Of a DNA stretch of 64,000 bases, positions 9,972 through 20,288 are shown in pieces. Source of the stretch: an uncultured Rhodobacteraceae bacterium. GTDB lineage: Bacteria; Pseudomonadota; Alphaproteobacteria; Rhodobacterales; Rhodobacteraceae. Location: positions 411,442 through 475,441 of the forward strand of contig CANMQX010000004.1 of NCBI GenBank assembly GCA_947500135.1. The letters run 5' to 3'. Both the position numbers and the translations under genes were made by a program. The stretch's first letter is position 1. Every line of letters starts with the position of its first letter. Under the pieces are notes generated by a model, which saw only the letters and a list, made by a program, of their open reading frames with translations, ran no database searches and had not been told where the DNA came from.

Positions 9972-10816
9972 CCTGCCTGACGTTCGCGCCGTTTGGGGTG
10001 CCCGGGGTAAACGCCCATGATATGCAGCATATCGGTGAAATAGCCCAACTCTTCCAAGGCCAGTTGCACATTATGATCGTCGGGGTGCCCTTCGATTTCG
10101 GCATAAAACTGTGTGGCGCTGAATGACCCGCCAATCATGTAGCTTTCCAGCTTGGTCATGTTGACGCCATTGGTCGCAAAACCGCCCATCGCCTTGTAAA
10201 GGGCGGCAGGAATGTTGCGGACCCGAAAGACGAAGCTGGTCATCATCCCATGATCGCCCCGTCTGCGATAGTCAGGTTCAGAGGCCATCACCAAGAACCG
10301 GGTCGTGTTGTTGCTGGCATCTTCGATATTGCGCGCAAGAATATCGAGCCCATAGATTTCGGCGGCCAGTTCTGATGCCAGTGCCCCGACTGTCATATCC
10401 TGTCCTTCGGCCACATCGCGGGCGGCTTTGGCATTGTCGGAACTGACGCGCCCGGTGATGGCGTGTTCGCGCAGGAACCCTGCGCATTGCGGCAGGATCA
10501 CAACATGGCCGAACGCCTGTTTCATATCGGCCAGCTGCGCGCCTTTTTTGGCCAGCAGGTTGATATGGACCCGCACGAAGGCCTCATCAATGATGTGCAG
10601 CCCGCTGTCGGGCAAAAGCGAATGCACGTCGGCCACCCGTCCATAGGTCGAGTTTTCGACGGCGATCATGCCCAGATCGGCGTCGCCCTTGCGCACAGCC
10701 TCAATCGCGGCGGTGAATGTGGGGCAGGGCAGGGGATCATAATCGGGGCGGGTGTCGGCGCATGCCTGGTGACCATAGGCCCCTAATTCCCCCTGAAAGG
10801 CGATTTTTTGCGACAT
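9968..10816 (-). CDS. pheA: Prephenate dehydratase
   Basis: IAFQGELGAY, VENSTYGRV, NTTRF and NMTKLES motifs, C-terminal ACT domain. Confidence 0.95.
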   Translation of the reverse strand: MSQKIAFQGELGAYGHQACADTRPDYDPLPCPTFTAAIEAVRKGDADLGMIAVENSTYGRVADVHSLLPDSGLHIIDEAFVRVHINLLAKKGAQLADMKQAFGHVVILPQCAGFLREHAITGRVSSDNAKAARDVAEGQDMTVGALASELAAEIYGLDILARNIEDASNNTTRFLVMASEPDYRRRGDHGMMTSFVFRVRNIPAALYKAMGGFATNGVNMTKLESYMIGGSFSATQFYAEIEGHPDDHNVQLALEELGYFTDMLHIMGVYPGHPKRRERQAG

Positions 10817-10937
10817 GATCGTGGCCTCCCCACTGCATAAGACAGATTTGCGCGTTTCGTCGCGGCTCTACACCTTGCAACCGGGGGTGGGAAGCGGATA
10901 GATAGCCGCAAAACCGAAGAACTGAATGGAACGCGAC

Positions 10938-11459
10938 ATGTTCGACACAATGACGATGACCAAGGTGCTGGGTGGCCTGTGCGGCACATGGCTTGTTTAC
11001 CTGTTGGGTGGCTGGGCGGCTGAAACCATCTATCATGGCGGCGGTGGCCATGGCGATGATCATGCGCAGGCCTATGTCATCGAGGTTGCGGATGAGGGCG
11101 GTGCGGAAGAAGCCGCTGAGGAAGAAGTCGACTTCGCCGTGGTGATGGCATCCGCCAGCGTCGAGGATGGCGAGGCGCTGTGGCGCAACTGCCGGTCCTG
11201 TCATGCGCTGGAGGCTGGCAATCACGGTACTGGCCCTGCGCTGCATGGCGTTGTGAACCGGCAGGTCGCGTTTTACGATGACTTCAACTATTCCGGTGCA
11301 TTGGCTGCGGTTGCCGAAACATGGACACCTGAAAACCTGAACCTGTTTCTGGAAAACCCCAAGGGTTACGCCCCCGGCACAGCCATGGGATATAACGGAA
11401 TGCGCAAGATCGAAGATCGCGCAAACCTGATCGCGTATCTTGAAAGCGTTGGCGGTTAA
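10938..11459 (+). CDS. cycM: Membrane-anchored cytochrome c (c552/CycM type)
   Basis: N-terminal TM anchor, acidic linker, CRSCH heme motif, distal Met in PGTAMGY. Confidence 0.88.
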   Translation: MFDTMTMTKVLGGLCGTWLVYLLGGWAAETIYHGGGGHGDDHAQAYVIEVADEGGAEEAAEEEVDFAVVMASASVEDGEALWRNCRSCHALEAGNHGTGPALHGVVNRQVAFYDDFNYSGALAAVAETWTPENLNLFLENPKGYAPGTAMGYNGMRKIEDRANLIAYLESVGG

Positions 11460-11485
11460 TCGCAGCTGTTAACGAAACGTAGATG

Positions 11486-11512
11486 GGCCGCCCGGTTTGG
11501 GTGGCCTTTTTT
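11486..11512 (+). terminator. Intrinsic terminator after the cytochrome c gene
   Basis: GGCCGCCC-GGTTT-GGGTGGCC stem followed by T6. Confidence 0.8.
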
Positions 11513-11625
11513 CATGATTGTTACAGTTTCATCACTGGTGGATCACGCATTCTCAACTTGAATGTTTGCCATCGTGTCCCGTAGCCTCAATTATGAGTAA
11601 TATCGTTACGTCCAAACCGGAGAGA

Positions 11626-13542
11626 ATGATGCAAAATCGCCGCCCGTCCAAAGCCGTTAATGTGCAAGACGTTCGTGATCATGGACGGCACAGGATGTGG
11701 ATGGCTGGCGTGGTTCTTGGGTTGGCTGCCATCTGGGCCGCCGATGATGTCGTAGCCGACGGACACGACATCATTAAAAGTCATGGTTTCAACGAATACG
11801 GCGATTTGAAGTATCCTGCCGATTTCCCACATCTGGACTATGTGAACCCGGATGCGCCATTGGGCGGTGAAATTTCGATCTCGGCCAATGGCACGTTTGA
11901 CAGCATGAACCCTTACGCGACTTTGTCGGGTTCGCCCGGTGCGCTGTCATCTTCAATTTGGGAAACCATTTTGACGGCGACATCTGACGAAGTTGGGTCA
12001 GCATATTGTTTGCTTTGCACCTCACTTGAATACCCGCAGGATAAATCCTGGGTTATTTACAATATGCGTGATGATGTTCTGTTTTCCGATGGCACGCCGA
12101 TGACTGTTGAAGATGTTATTTTCACCATCGAATTGTTTATCGATCAGGGCACCCCGTCGCTGGCCGCGTCTCTCAAGGTGTTGATCGAGGATATCGAAAA
12201 GGTTGGCGACAACGCGATGAAGGTGACATTCTCGGACGAATACCCTGTCCGCGGGCGGATTGGACAGATCGGCGGCTTTCCGGTGATGTCGAAGGCATGG
12301 TTTGAAGAAACCGGTGCCCGGCTGGACGAACCAAGCCTGGAGACGTCACCCGGGACTGGCGAATATACGGTTGGAAAAGTCGATGTCGGACGGTCAATCG
12401 TCTATGAACGTAACCCGGACTATTGGGGCAAGGATGTGCCCATCAATATCGGGCGCGGAAATTTTGACAGCCTGCGCATTGAATATTTCGCCGATAGCTC
12501 TGCCGCTTTTGAGGCCTTTAAGGCAGGTGAATTTACCTTCCGCCGCGAAAACAGTTCGATCAATTGGGCGACAGCATATGATTTCCCGGCCCTCGACCGG
12601 GAATGGGTTGTTCAGAGAGAGCTGGATGATGGCACGATGCCTGCCGCATCTGGTTTTACCTTCAATATGAACCGTGAAAAGTTTGCCGACCGCCGGGTGC
12701 GCCGGGCGATTGGCTTGCTCTACAACTTCACGTGGACAAATGAGAACCTGCAATATGGCCTGTTCCAACAACGCGAGAGTTTCTGGCAAAATGATCGGTT
12801 GAAGGCAGTTGGTGTGCCGCAGGGGCGCGAACTGGAAGTTTTGGAAGGTTTGCGCGGTCTGATCGCTGACGAGATATTTACGCAAGAACCCGTTATGCCG
12901 CATGTATCGGGCGCCCGCCCAATTGACCGGGGCAACCTGCGTCAGGCGCTGGCACTGATGGAAGAGGCGGGCTGGACGACCAGTGATGATGGGCTGCTGC
13001 GCAACGTGGATGGTCAGACATTTGATGTGGAGTTTCTTGAAACACGCCAGTCGTTTGATCGTATCATCAACCCCTACATCGAGAACCTCAAGCGGTTGGG
13101 CGTGAACATCACCTATAACCGTGTCGATCCATCGCAGTATCAGGCCCGTCGGCAGGCGAAAAACTACGATATGATCTATGGCAGCTACCGCAACGGATTG
13201 CAGGAAGGCACCGGGTTTTCGCAGCGCTTTGGCTGTGAGGACAAGGAAGATGTCTTTAATCCTGCGGCGTATTGTTCAGAAGCGATCGATAGATTGGGAG
13301 AGCAGATTCCCGACGCTGAGACCTATGATGAAATGGCCGCGATGGTGATGGCCGCTGATCGCATCCTGCGGCACGAATATTTCATGGTTCCTGCATGGTA
13401 TCTGGGCAAGAACTGGGTCGCGTATTTCGATATGTATGAACATCCCGAAAACCTTCCTGAATTCGGTTTGGGCCATCTGGATTATTGGTGGTTCAATCAG
13501 GAGAAATACGACGTTCTGCGGGCCGCTGGCGCGTTTCAGTAG
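11626..13542 (+). CDS. yejA: Peptide/microcin C ABC transporter substrate-binding protein (YejA-like)
   Basis: SHG...GDLKYP.DFPHLDYVNPDAP.GG motif, GGAGA RBS before 11626, first gene of a yejABEF-type operon. Confidence 0.88.
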   Translation: MMQNRRPSKAVNVQDVRDHGRHRMWMAGVVLGLAAIWAADDVVADGHDIIKSHGFNEYGDLKYPADFPHLDYVNPDAPLGGEISISANGTFDSMNPYATLSGSPGALSSSIWETILTATSDEVGSAYCLLCTSLEYPQDKSWVIYNMRDDVLFSDGTPMTVEDVIFTIELFIDQGTPSLAASLKVLIEDIEKVGDNAMKVTFSDEYPVRGRIGQIGGFPVMSKAWFEETGARLDEPSLETSPGTGEYTVGKVDVGRSIVYERNPDYWGKDVPINIGRGNFDSLRIEYFADSSAAFEAFKAGEFTFRRENSSINWATAYDFPALDREWVVQRELDDGTMPAASGFTFNMNREKFADRRVRRAIGLLYNFTWTNENLQYGLFQQRESFWQNDRLKAVGVPQGRELEVLEGLRGLIADEIFTQEPVMPHVSGARPIDRGNLRQALALMEEAGWTTSDDGLLRNVDGQTFDVEFLETRQSFDRIINPYIENLKRLGVNITYNRVDPSQYQARRQAKNYDMIYGSYRNGLQEGTGFSQRFGCEDKEDVFNPAAYCSEAIDRLGEQIPDAETYDEMAAMVMAADRILRHEYFMVPAWYLGKNWVAYFDMYEHPENLPEFGLGHLDYWWFNQEKYDVLRAAGAFQ

Positions 13543-13551
13543 GTCACGTTC

Positions 13552-14631
13552 ATGGGCGCCTATATCCTCCGACGATTGTTGCTGGTCATCCCGACCCTTT
13601 TGGGGATCATGATCATCAACTTCGCGCTGACGCAGTTTGTCCCTGGCGGGCCGATTGAACAGATCCTTGCCCAGTTGGAAGGGCAGGGTGACGTGTTCGA
13701 AGGGATTGCTGGTGGCGGTGGTGACGTCGATATCGGAAGCGAGAGCGATAGTGATTATGTCGGCGGACGTGGTCTGCCGCCGGAATTCATTGCCGAGCTG
13801 GAGCGCGAGTTCGGTTTTGACAAACCCCCATTGGAACGCTTTCTGAATATGATGTGGAACTATATCCGCTTTGATTTCGGTGAAAGCTATTTCCGCTCCA
13901 TCAGCGTCTTTGATCTGGTTGCCGAAAAGATGCCGGTGTCGGTCACGCTAGGCCTTTGGTCCACGTTGATTGCCTATCTGGTGTCCATCCCACTGGGTAT
14001 CCGCAAGGCTGTCAGGGATGGCTCCCCCTTTGATACATGGACATCAGGCGCGATTATCGTGGGCTACGCGATCCCCGGTTTCCTGTTCGCCATTCTGCTG
14101 ATTGTCCTGTTTGCGGGCGGGTCTTATTGGCGCATCTTCCCCCTGCGCGGGCTGACCTCAACCAATTTTGAGGATTTGAGCGTGATCGGCAAGGTGCTGG
14201 ACTATTTCTGGCATATCGCGCTGCCGGTTCTGGCCTCGACCATTTCGGCCTTTGCCACGCTGACCTTGCTGACCAAGAACAGCTTTCTTGATGAGATCAA
14301 AAAGCAATATGTGATCACGGCCAAGGCCAAGGGCCTGTCGGAATCCAAGGTGCTTTATGGCCATGTGTTCCGCAACGCGATGCTGATCGTCATCTCGGGC
14401 TTCCCGGCGCTGTTTATCGGAGTGTTCTTTGGCGGGTCGCTGATCATTGAGACCTTGTTTTCACTGGACGGGCTGGGGCGGCTTGGGTTCGAGGCCGCCG
14501 TCGCCCGCGACTACCCGGTGGTCTTTGGCACGCTATTCGCATTCTCGCTGATCGGGTTGGTTGTCGGGATCCTGACCGACCTGACCTATGTTTTCATCGA
14601 TCCGCGTATCGATTTTGGGGCGCGCGGCTAA
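13552..14631 (+). CDS. yejB: Peptide ABC transporter permease YejB
   Basis: [26 protein letters not shown]. Confidence 0.9.
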   Translation: MGAYILRRLLLVIPTLLGIMIINFALTQFVPGGPIEQILAQLEGQGDVFEGIAGGGGDVDIGSESDSDYVGGRGLPPEFIAELEREFGFDKPPLERFLNMMWNYIRFDFGESYFRSISVFDLVAEKMPVSVTLGLWSTLIAYLVSIPLGIRKAVRDGSPFDTWTSGAIIVGYAIPGFLFAILLIVLFAGGSYWRIFPLRGLTSTNFEDLSVIGKVLDYFWHIALPVLASTISAFATLTLLTKNSFLDEIKKQYVITAKAKGLSESKVLYGHVFRNAMLIVISGFPALFIGVFFGGSLIIETLFSLDGLGRLGFEAAVARDYPVVFGTLFAFSLIGLVVGILTDLTYVFIDPRIDFGARG

Positions 14632-15800
14632 TGCGTTTATCTCCCCTGAACCAGCGCCGCTGGCGCAATTTCCGCCGCAACAGGCGCGCATGGTGGTCGC
14701 TGATCATCTTTGGTTTGCTGTTCGGCCTGTCGCTTTTTGCGGAGTTCATCGCCAATGACAAACCCATCGCCGTCAGCTACCGCGGTGAAATTCGCATGCC
14801 GATCTTCAGCTTTTATTCAGAGCGGGATTTTGGCGGGGATTTCCCGACAGAGGCCGGATATGGCGAGGTCGAGGTTGATTGCCTGATCATCACCGGTGGG
14901 CTGGAAAGCTGTTTTGACACCCCGGAAGAGTTGATCGCGGCGGCCAAGGCAGGTGAGGTGCTGGACGGGGATTTCCAAAAGGGCTGGATGCTGTGGCCGA
15001 TCATCCCCTATTCCTACAACACCATCGTCGATGTGCGCGGTGTGGCCCCGTCGCCGCCTTCAGCCGATAACTGGTTGGGCACCGATGACACCAAACGCGA
15101 CGTGCTGGCGCGGGTGATCTATGGGTTCCGATTATCGGTCACCTTTGCACTGACGGTCACTGTGGCCGCATCAATCATCGGGATCATGGCGGGCGCTGTG
15201 CAAGGTTATTTCGGCGGTTGGACCGATCTGATCTTTCAGCGGTTTATCGAGATTTGGACCGGCATGCCGTCACTTTACGTGATCATCATTGTCTTTGCGA
15301 TCTTGGGCCGCAGTTACTGGCTGCTTGTCTTCCTGACAGTGCTGTTCGGCTGGCCCGCGCTTGTGGGGGTGGTCAGGGCCGAGTTCCTGCGCGCCCGCAA
15401 CCTCGAGTATGTCCGCGCGGCGAAGGCGCTGGGTGTGCGCGACCGGACCATCATGTTCCGCCATATGCTGCCCAATGCGATGGTCGCAACCCTGACCATG
15501 CTGCCGTTCCTGGTTACAGGGGCGATTGGCGGTTTGGCCTCGCTTGATTTTCTGGGCTTTGGTTTGCCATCCTCCGCCCCATCGCTGGGCGAGATGACAT
15601 TACAGGCCAAGCAGAACCTGCAAGCGCCGTGGCTTGGTTTTACGGCCTTCTTTACCTTTGCGATCATGCTGTCGCTGCTTGTTTTTGTTTTCGAAGGGGT
15701 GCGCGATGCGTTCGATCCGCGCAAGACTTTTGTGGCTGATGGCGACGCAACGGTCGTGGATGCAGATGTGCTGACGAGCCAGAAGGCGGTGACGAAATGA
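14631..15800 (+). CDS. yejE: Peptide ABC transporter permease YejE
   Basis: LSPLNQRRWRNF, LGTDD..RDV, EYVRAAKALG. Confidence 0.9.
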   Translation: MRLSPLNQRRWRNFRRNRRAWWSLIIFGLLFGLSLFAEFIANDKPIAVSYRGEIRMPIFSFYSERDFGGDFPTEAGYGEVEVDCLIITGGLESCFDTPEELIAAAKAGEVLDGDFQKGWMLWPIIPYSYNTIVDVRGVAPSPPSADNWLGTDDTKRDVLARVIYGFRLSVTFALTVTVAASIIGIMAGAVQGYFGGWTDLIFQRFIEIWTGMPSLYVIIIVFAILGRSYWLLVFLTVLFGWPALVGVVRAEFLRARNLEYVRAAKALGVRDRTIMFRHMLPNAMVATLTMLPFLVTGAIGGLASLDFLGFGLPSSAPSLGEMTLQAKQNLQAPWLGFTAFFTFAIMLSLLVFVFEGVRDAFDPRKTFVADGDATVVDADVLTSQKAVTK

Positions 15801-17392
15801 GTGCGCTGTTGCAAGTACGCGATCTGCGCGTCGCCTTTCGGCAGGATGGGGAAACCACCCATGCCGTGCGCGGTGTGTCGTTTGAGGTTGGCAAAGGCGA
15901 AACCGTTGCGCTGGTTGGGGAAAGCGGCTCTGGCAAATCGGTGACGGCTCTGTCGACTGTGCAGCTATTGGGCGATAGTGCTGCGATGTCAGGGTCGATC
16001 CGCTATGATGGTGCTGAAATGGTCGGCGCGGACGAGGCAGAGCTGCGCCGGGTGCGGGGCAATGATATCAGTTTCATCTTTCAGGAGCCGATGACATCGC
16101 TGAACCCGCTGCACACGCTGGAAAAGCAGCTGGCCGAAAGCATTGAATTGCATCAGGGGTTGCGCGGGCCGGACGTCCGTAAGCGGATCATTCAACTGCT
16201 GGATCGGGTGGGGATCAGAAACCCCGAAGGGCGCCTTGGATCTTACCCTCATGAATTGTCAGGTGGACAACGGCAACGTGTTATGATCGCGATGGCGCTG
16301 GCAAACGGGCCTGAACTGTTGATAGCGGATGAGCCGACGACTGCTTTGGACGTCACCATTCAGGCGCAGATACTGGATCTGCTGGCCGATCTGAAACGCG
16401 ATGAGGGCATGTCGATGCTGTTCATCACCCATGACCTGACCATCGTGCGCAAGATTGCCGACCGGGTCTGCGTGATGAAGGATGGGAATATCGTTGAGAC
16501 AGGACCAACGGTGGAGATTTTTGGCAATCCCCAGCACCCTTATACCCAGATGCTGCTGGCCGCTGAATCGACCGGCGTGCCTGCCCCCGTGCCAGACGAG
16601 GCGCCGGTCATTCTGCAAACCGAGAAAGCCCGGATCTGGTTCCCGATCCGCCGCGGCCTGTTGAAACGCACGGTTGGCCATATCAAGGCGGTCAATCAGG
16701 CTACGTTGACGGTGCGTGCGGGGGAAACACTGGGCGTTGTAGGGGAAAGCGGCTCTGGCAAGACCACGCTTGCCCTTGCGGTGATGCGGTTGATCCAGTC
16801 GGAAGGCCGGATCGTTTTTCACGGCAGCGATATCCATAAGCTGAACCAGCGCCAGATGCGCCCCTTGCGCAGTGACATGCAGATCGTGTTTCAGGATCCC
16901 TACGGTTCACTTTCGCCGCGCATGACAGTGGCCGAGATCATTGCCGAAGGTCTGGGCGTGCATGGGGTCGAAAAGGGTCGCAATCGCCGGGACATGGTGA
17001 GCGAGATCATGGGCGAGGTGGGCCTTGAGCCATCGCTGATGGACCGCTACCCGCATGAGTTTTCGGGTGGCCAGCGGCAGCGCATCGCGATTGCACGGGC
17101 GATGATATTGCGCCCGAAACTGCTGATCCTGGATGAGCCGACCTCGGCTTTGGATATGACGGTGCAGGTGCAGATCGTGCAGTTGCTGCGAGAGTTGCAA
17201 CAAAAGCATGGGCTGGCCTATCTGTTCATCAGCCATGACCTGAAAGTGGTACGTGCCTTGTCGCACAAGGTCATGGTGATGAAACAGGGTGACGTGGTCG
17301 AGGCTGCGGATGCGGATACGATTTTCGACGCACCCCAGACCGACTATACCCGAGCACTAATGGCAGCGGCTTTTGAGGGCAAGGTCGCCTGA
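15797..17392 (+). CDS. yejF: Peptide ABC transporter ATP-binding protein YejF (two NBDs)
   Basis: Two Walker A motifs GESGSGK and two SGGQRQR signatures. Confidence 0.92.
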   Translation: MSALLQVRDLRVAFRQDGETTHAVRGVSFEVGKGETVALVGESGSGKSVTALSTVQLLGDSAAMSGSIRYDGAEMVGADEAELRRVRGNDISFIFQEPMTSLNPLHTLEKQLAESIELHQGLRGPDVRKRIIQLLDRVGIRNPEGRLGSYPHELSGGQRQRVMIAMALANGPELLIADEPTTALDVTIQAQILDLLADLKRDEGMSMLFITHDLTIVRKIADRVCVMKDGNIVETGPTVEIFGNPQHPYTQMLLAAESTGVPAPVPDEAPVILQTEKARIWFPIRRGLLKRTVGHIKAVNQATLTVRAGETLGVVGESGSGKTTLALAVMRLIQSEGRIVFHGSDIHKLNQRQMRPLRSDMQIVFQDPYGSLSPRMTVAEIIAEGLGVHGVEKGRNRRDMVSEIMGEVGLEPSLMDRYPHEFSGGQRQRIAIARAMILRPKLLILDEPTSALDMTVQVQIVQLLRELQQKHGLAYLFISHDLKVVRALSHKVMVMKQGDVVEAADADTIFDAPQTDYTRALMAAAFEGKVA

Positions 17393-17394
17393 GG

Positions 17395-17443
17395 CGCCAG
17401 AAAATTACAAATTTTCTGACCAAATTCCTGTGTCAGGAATTTG
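17395..17443. repeat. AT-rich twin-hairpin element, copy 1
   Basis: CAGAAAATT-ACA-AATTTTCTG, then CAAATTCCTG-TGT-CAGGAATTTG. A related copy lies at 56075-56128. Confidence 0.7.
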
Positions 17444-17473
17444 CATCCGGCAAGGTTTCGCACAACCGACGTA

Positions 17474-17995
17474 TCAGCTTGCGACGTCAACCACGTCGAT
17501 TGCGTTGGTCAACCATACCGCAATTCCATCAACAGATGGCTCCAACCTGATGACGTCAGGACCCACAAAAGCATGAAATGCGTCCAAGTTCAGGGCATTG
17601 ACCCCAACCAGAACTGGAATGTCTTTCGCGATGGCATCGGCGATCACGCTGCGAAAGCCGCGTCCGTCAGCCTCGTGCTTGCCGAACTTGTTCACGATCA
17701 ACAGGTCGGCACCGCGTTCAAGCTGCGCAGAGACCAGACCAACAGCGGTCTCAAGCGCCGATGGATCCAGCCTGCACCCCTTCGACGCACGCCCAAGGCT
17801 TTGCGATATGCGCAAGGCCGGACCATCAGGCAGGATTTGCACATCCATATCACAAGGGCCGTCGGCACAGCCGTCGGTGTTGATCTGAACAGTTCCAGTG
17901 CAGCGGAACCCGGCGGCGGCCATATGGTGTGCAACCTGCTGCAATAGCAGGTCGGTATCACCGCGACCGGGCGCCATCGTATAGGCAATTTTCAT
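17474..17995 (-). CDS. DUF2478 family protein
   Basis: GCRLD and NKFGK.E..GRG motifs. GGAG RBS favours the 17995 start over the longer ORF. Confidence 0.8.
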   Translation of the reverse strand: MKIAYTMAPGRGDTDLLLQQVAHHMAAAGFRCTGTVQINTDGCADGPCDMDVQILPDGPALRISQSLGRASKGCRLDPSALETAVGLVSAQLERGADLLIVNKFGKHEADGRGFRSVIADAIAKDIPVLVGVNALNLDAFHAFVGPDVIRLEPSVDGIAVWLTNAIDVVDVAS

Positions 17996-18014
17996 GTCGG
18001 AGGCTCCTTTCATC

Positions 18015-18815
18015 TTACGAAACCGGACGCAGATCTGCACCGGTGATTTCTGCGTTCGATACCAACCCATCGATAAACCGGCGTGATGCTTTGGCCCAGG
18101 CCGTTTTTTCCATGGCTTCCGCGATTTTTTGGCGGACCGCGTCAAATGGCAGAACCTCACCAGGCGCCAGCGCATCCATGCGGATGATGTGCCAGCCGTG
18201 GCGGGTCAGAACCGGTGCTTGCGTCATCTCACCGGCATTCAATACGCGCAATGCGGCTTCAAATTCCGGCACGGTGTCGCCCGGTCCAACTTGGCCAAGT
18301 GCGCCGCCCGATGATCTGGACCCGCAATCGCTTTCCCTGGCGGCAAGAGTACCAAAGCTTTTCGGATCCTGCGCGACCACGGCAAACAGCGTCACCGCCC
18401 GGTGCTGTGCTTTACGGGTGGCTTCTGCGTCCCTTGGGTCGCAGGCACATAGGATATGGGACACCTCCCACAAAGGGGGCGCGCGGAAACGGCCCGGATC
18501 CCTTTGCCATTCAGCATGAATAGCCGCATCATCTGGTTTATCGGCTGTCACGGCCTGATCCAGAAGCGCCCGGATCAGGGCCTCCTCTTGGGTTTCAAAG
18601 CGCCCCGGCGCGACCTCTTCTGGTTCGGTTGTCAGCGACCGCGCCTGGGCCTCTTGCAATAGCAGGGTGCGAATGGCGACCGCATTGGCCGCCTTGCGCC
18701 ATGCGATACCGGGTTTGCCTGCTGGGGCATCGTGGTTCTGGGTTTCGGCGGCCACGATTTTGTGGGGCACCTGTTCGCCATTCACGACCAGATCGGGGAA
18801 AAGGGCTGCGTTCAT
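18015..18815 (-). CDS. PpiC/parvulin-type peptidyl-prolyl isomerase (NifM-like) of the nar cluster
   Basis: SHIL, F..LA..ESDCGS..SGG.LG, PEFEAAL and TRHGWHII. Confidence 0.85.
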   Translation of the reverse strand: MNAALFPDLVVNGEQVPHKIVAAETQNHDAPAGKPGIAWRKAANAVAIRTLLLQEAQARSLTTEPEEVAPGRFETQEEALIRALLDQAVTADKPDDAAIHAEWQRDPGRFRAPPLWEVSHILCACDPRDAEATRKAQHRAVTLFAVVAQDPKSFGTLAARESDCGSRSSGGALGQVGPGDTVPEFEAALRVLNAGEMTQAPVLTRHGWHIIRMDALAPGEVLPFDAVRQKIAEAMEKTAWAKASRRFIDGLVSNAEITGADLRPVS

Positions 18816-18819
18816 GGGG

Positions 18820-19566
18820 CTACTCCGCCGGTGTGGATTTGGGATCGCGCTTGGGCAATGGGTCTTGCCGGCGCGACCGGACGATCTGGTAACCCGGGCG
18901 CAGCAGATACCGGAACGGTGCTGCAAAACCTGACACCATGTGAACCAGTCTGGTGAACGGGAAGAACGCCGTGATGATCAGCCCAAGAAAGATATGCAGC
19001 TTGTAAAGCCAATGCACGTCAATGACGGTGACCCACGCGTTCAGGTTCCATGTCACGATGCTTTGTGACCAGGTCATGAAACGCACCATCTCGGACCCGT
19101 CCATATGCTGGAGCGTCTGCGTGATTGTCAGCAGCCCAATGGCCAATTGCAGCCAGATCAGCACCATGATGGTGATGTCTGACCAGCTGGAGGTCGCGCG
19201 GATCCGTGGATCGGTCAGGCGTCGATGCAAAAGCAATGTGCCCCCGATCAATGCGGCAATCCCGGCAGGCCCGCCGATGATCACGGCCATCCATTGTTTG
19301 AGCGCATAAGGCACGCCAAGCGCATCCAGCACCCAGACCGGGGTGAAAAGCCCCACCAGATGCCCAAAAAAGATCGTGATGATCCCGACATGGAACAGGA
19401 TCGATCCCAAGATCAGCTGTTTGCGGCGCAACAGCTGGCTGGATGAGCTTTTCCACGTGTATTGGTCCCGGTCATAGCGGGCGATGGAACCGACCACCAG
19501 AATGGTCAGCGCGGCATATGGCATGATGCCGAAGATGATGAAGTTGATATCGAAATTCGCAAACAT
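18820..19566 (-). CDS. narI: Respiratory nitrate reductase gamma subunit (cytochrome b)
   Basis: RYDRDQYTWKSSSSQLL, FHVGI, HIFLG and FPFTRLVH heme-ligand His motifs. Confidence 0.96.
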   Translation of the reverse strand: MFANFDINFIIFGIMPYAALTILVVGSIARYDRDQYTWKSSSSQLLRRKQLILGSILFHVGIITIFFGHLVGLFTPVWVLDALGVPYALKQWMAVIIGGPAGIAALIGGTLLLHRRLTDPRIRATSSWSDITIMVLIWLQLAIGLLTITQTLQHMDGSEMVRFMTWSQSIVTWNLNAWVTVIDVHWLYKLHIFLGLIITAFFPFTRLVHMVSGFAAPFRYLLRPGYQIVRSRRQDPLPKRDPKSTPAE

Positions 19567-19577
19567 TTCCTGTCTCC

Positions 19578-20285
19578 CTATTCGGCCGCGTGGGTTGCGG
19601 GCGCGGGGTTAACGGGGCTGTCCATCCGGGCGAGCATGTCGCGCACCTGTGGGCAGCCTGCATTTGGATCAGGGCCGAACAGAACTTCGCTTTCTTCCCA
19701 GACTTCATCCAATGCCTCCAGATCAGTGGGGTCGTCTTCGGGCTGTTCGAGCATGCTGGCCACCGCTGCTGCATCCACTGTCGCGTTTGACAACTGCAAA
19801 AGAGCGGCGAATACGGCACCATATGCGCTTTCGCGCCGCGCCAGCCTTTCGGCCAACGCTTGAAAGATATGGGCCGCATCCGCCAGTGTATCCTGCGCCA
19901 CCACAGGGGATTGGGTGGACAGGAATTCCAGCAGGACAGGTAGGTGGTCGGGCAGCTCTGACGTGACCGGGTCAAAACCTGCCTCGCGGTAGGTTTCAAC
20001 CAGTGACACCATCGCACCGCCACGGTCACGGCTTTCGCCGTGCACATGTTCAAACAGGTTCAGCGACAATGTGCGCGACCTGTCGAATAGCAGCACATAC
20101 TGCTCTTCGAGGTTATAAATGTCGCGCCTGCTGATCTCTTCGACCAGCGGGCGCAACGCCCGGCGCGCTGTTGCTGTCAATCGCGTGTCCGCGGCGAGGA
20201 CGCCCCCGATCTCGGACATGGCATGCTGCAACCCGCGCGTCGGGTAACTGAGGAGGAGTGAAAATGATTTAAGTGTACGGTCCAT
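19578..20285 (-). CDS. narJ: Nitrate reductase chaperone
   Basis: YVLLFDRSRTLSLNLFEHVHGESRDRG and ELPDHLP. Confidence 0.95.
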   Translation of the reverse strand: MDRTLKSFSLLLSYPTRGLQHAMSEIGGVLAADTRLTATARRALRPLVEEISRRDIYNLEEQYVLLFDRSRTLSLNLFEHVHGESRDRGGAMVSLVETYREAGFDPVTSELPDHLPVLLEFLSTQSPVVAQDTLADAAHIFQALAERLARRESAYGAVFAALLQLSNATVDAAAVASMLEQPEDDPTDLEALDEVWEESEVLFGPDPNAGCPQVRDMLARMDSPVNPAPATHAAE

Positions 20286-20288
20286 GGT

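Noticed and set aside
11557-11584. RpoH-like promoter (CTTGAA-N15-CCCGTAG) upstream of yejA
   Set aside because: The -10 match is weak. TSS data would be needed.
17407-17433. Kissing-loop interaction between the complementary ACA and TGT loops of the twin hairpin
   Set aside because: The loops are too short and are not preserved in the second copy (T and G).
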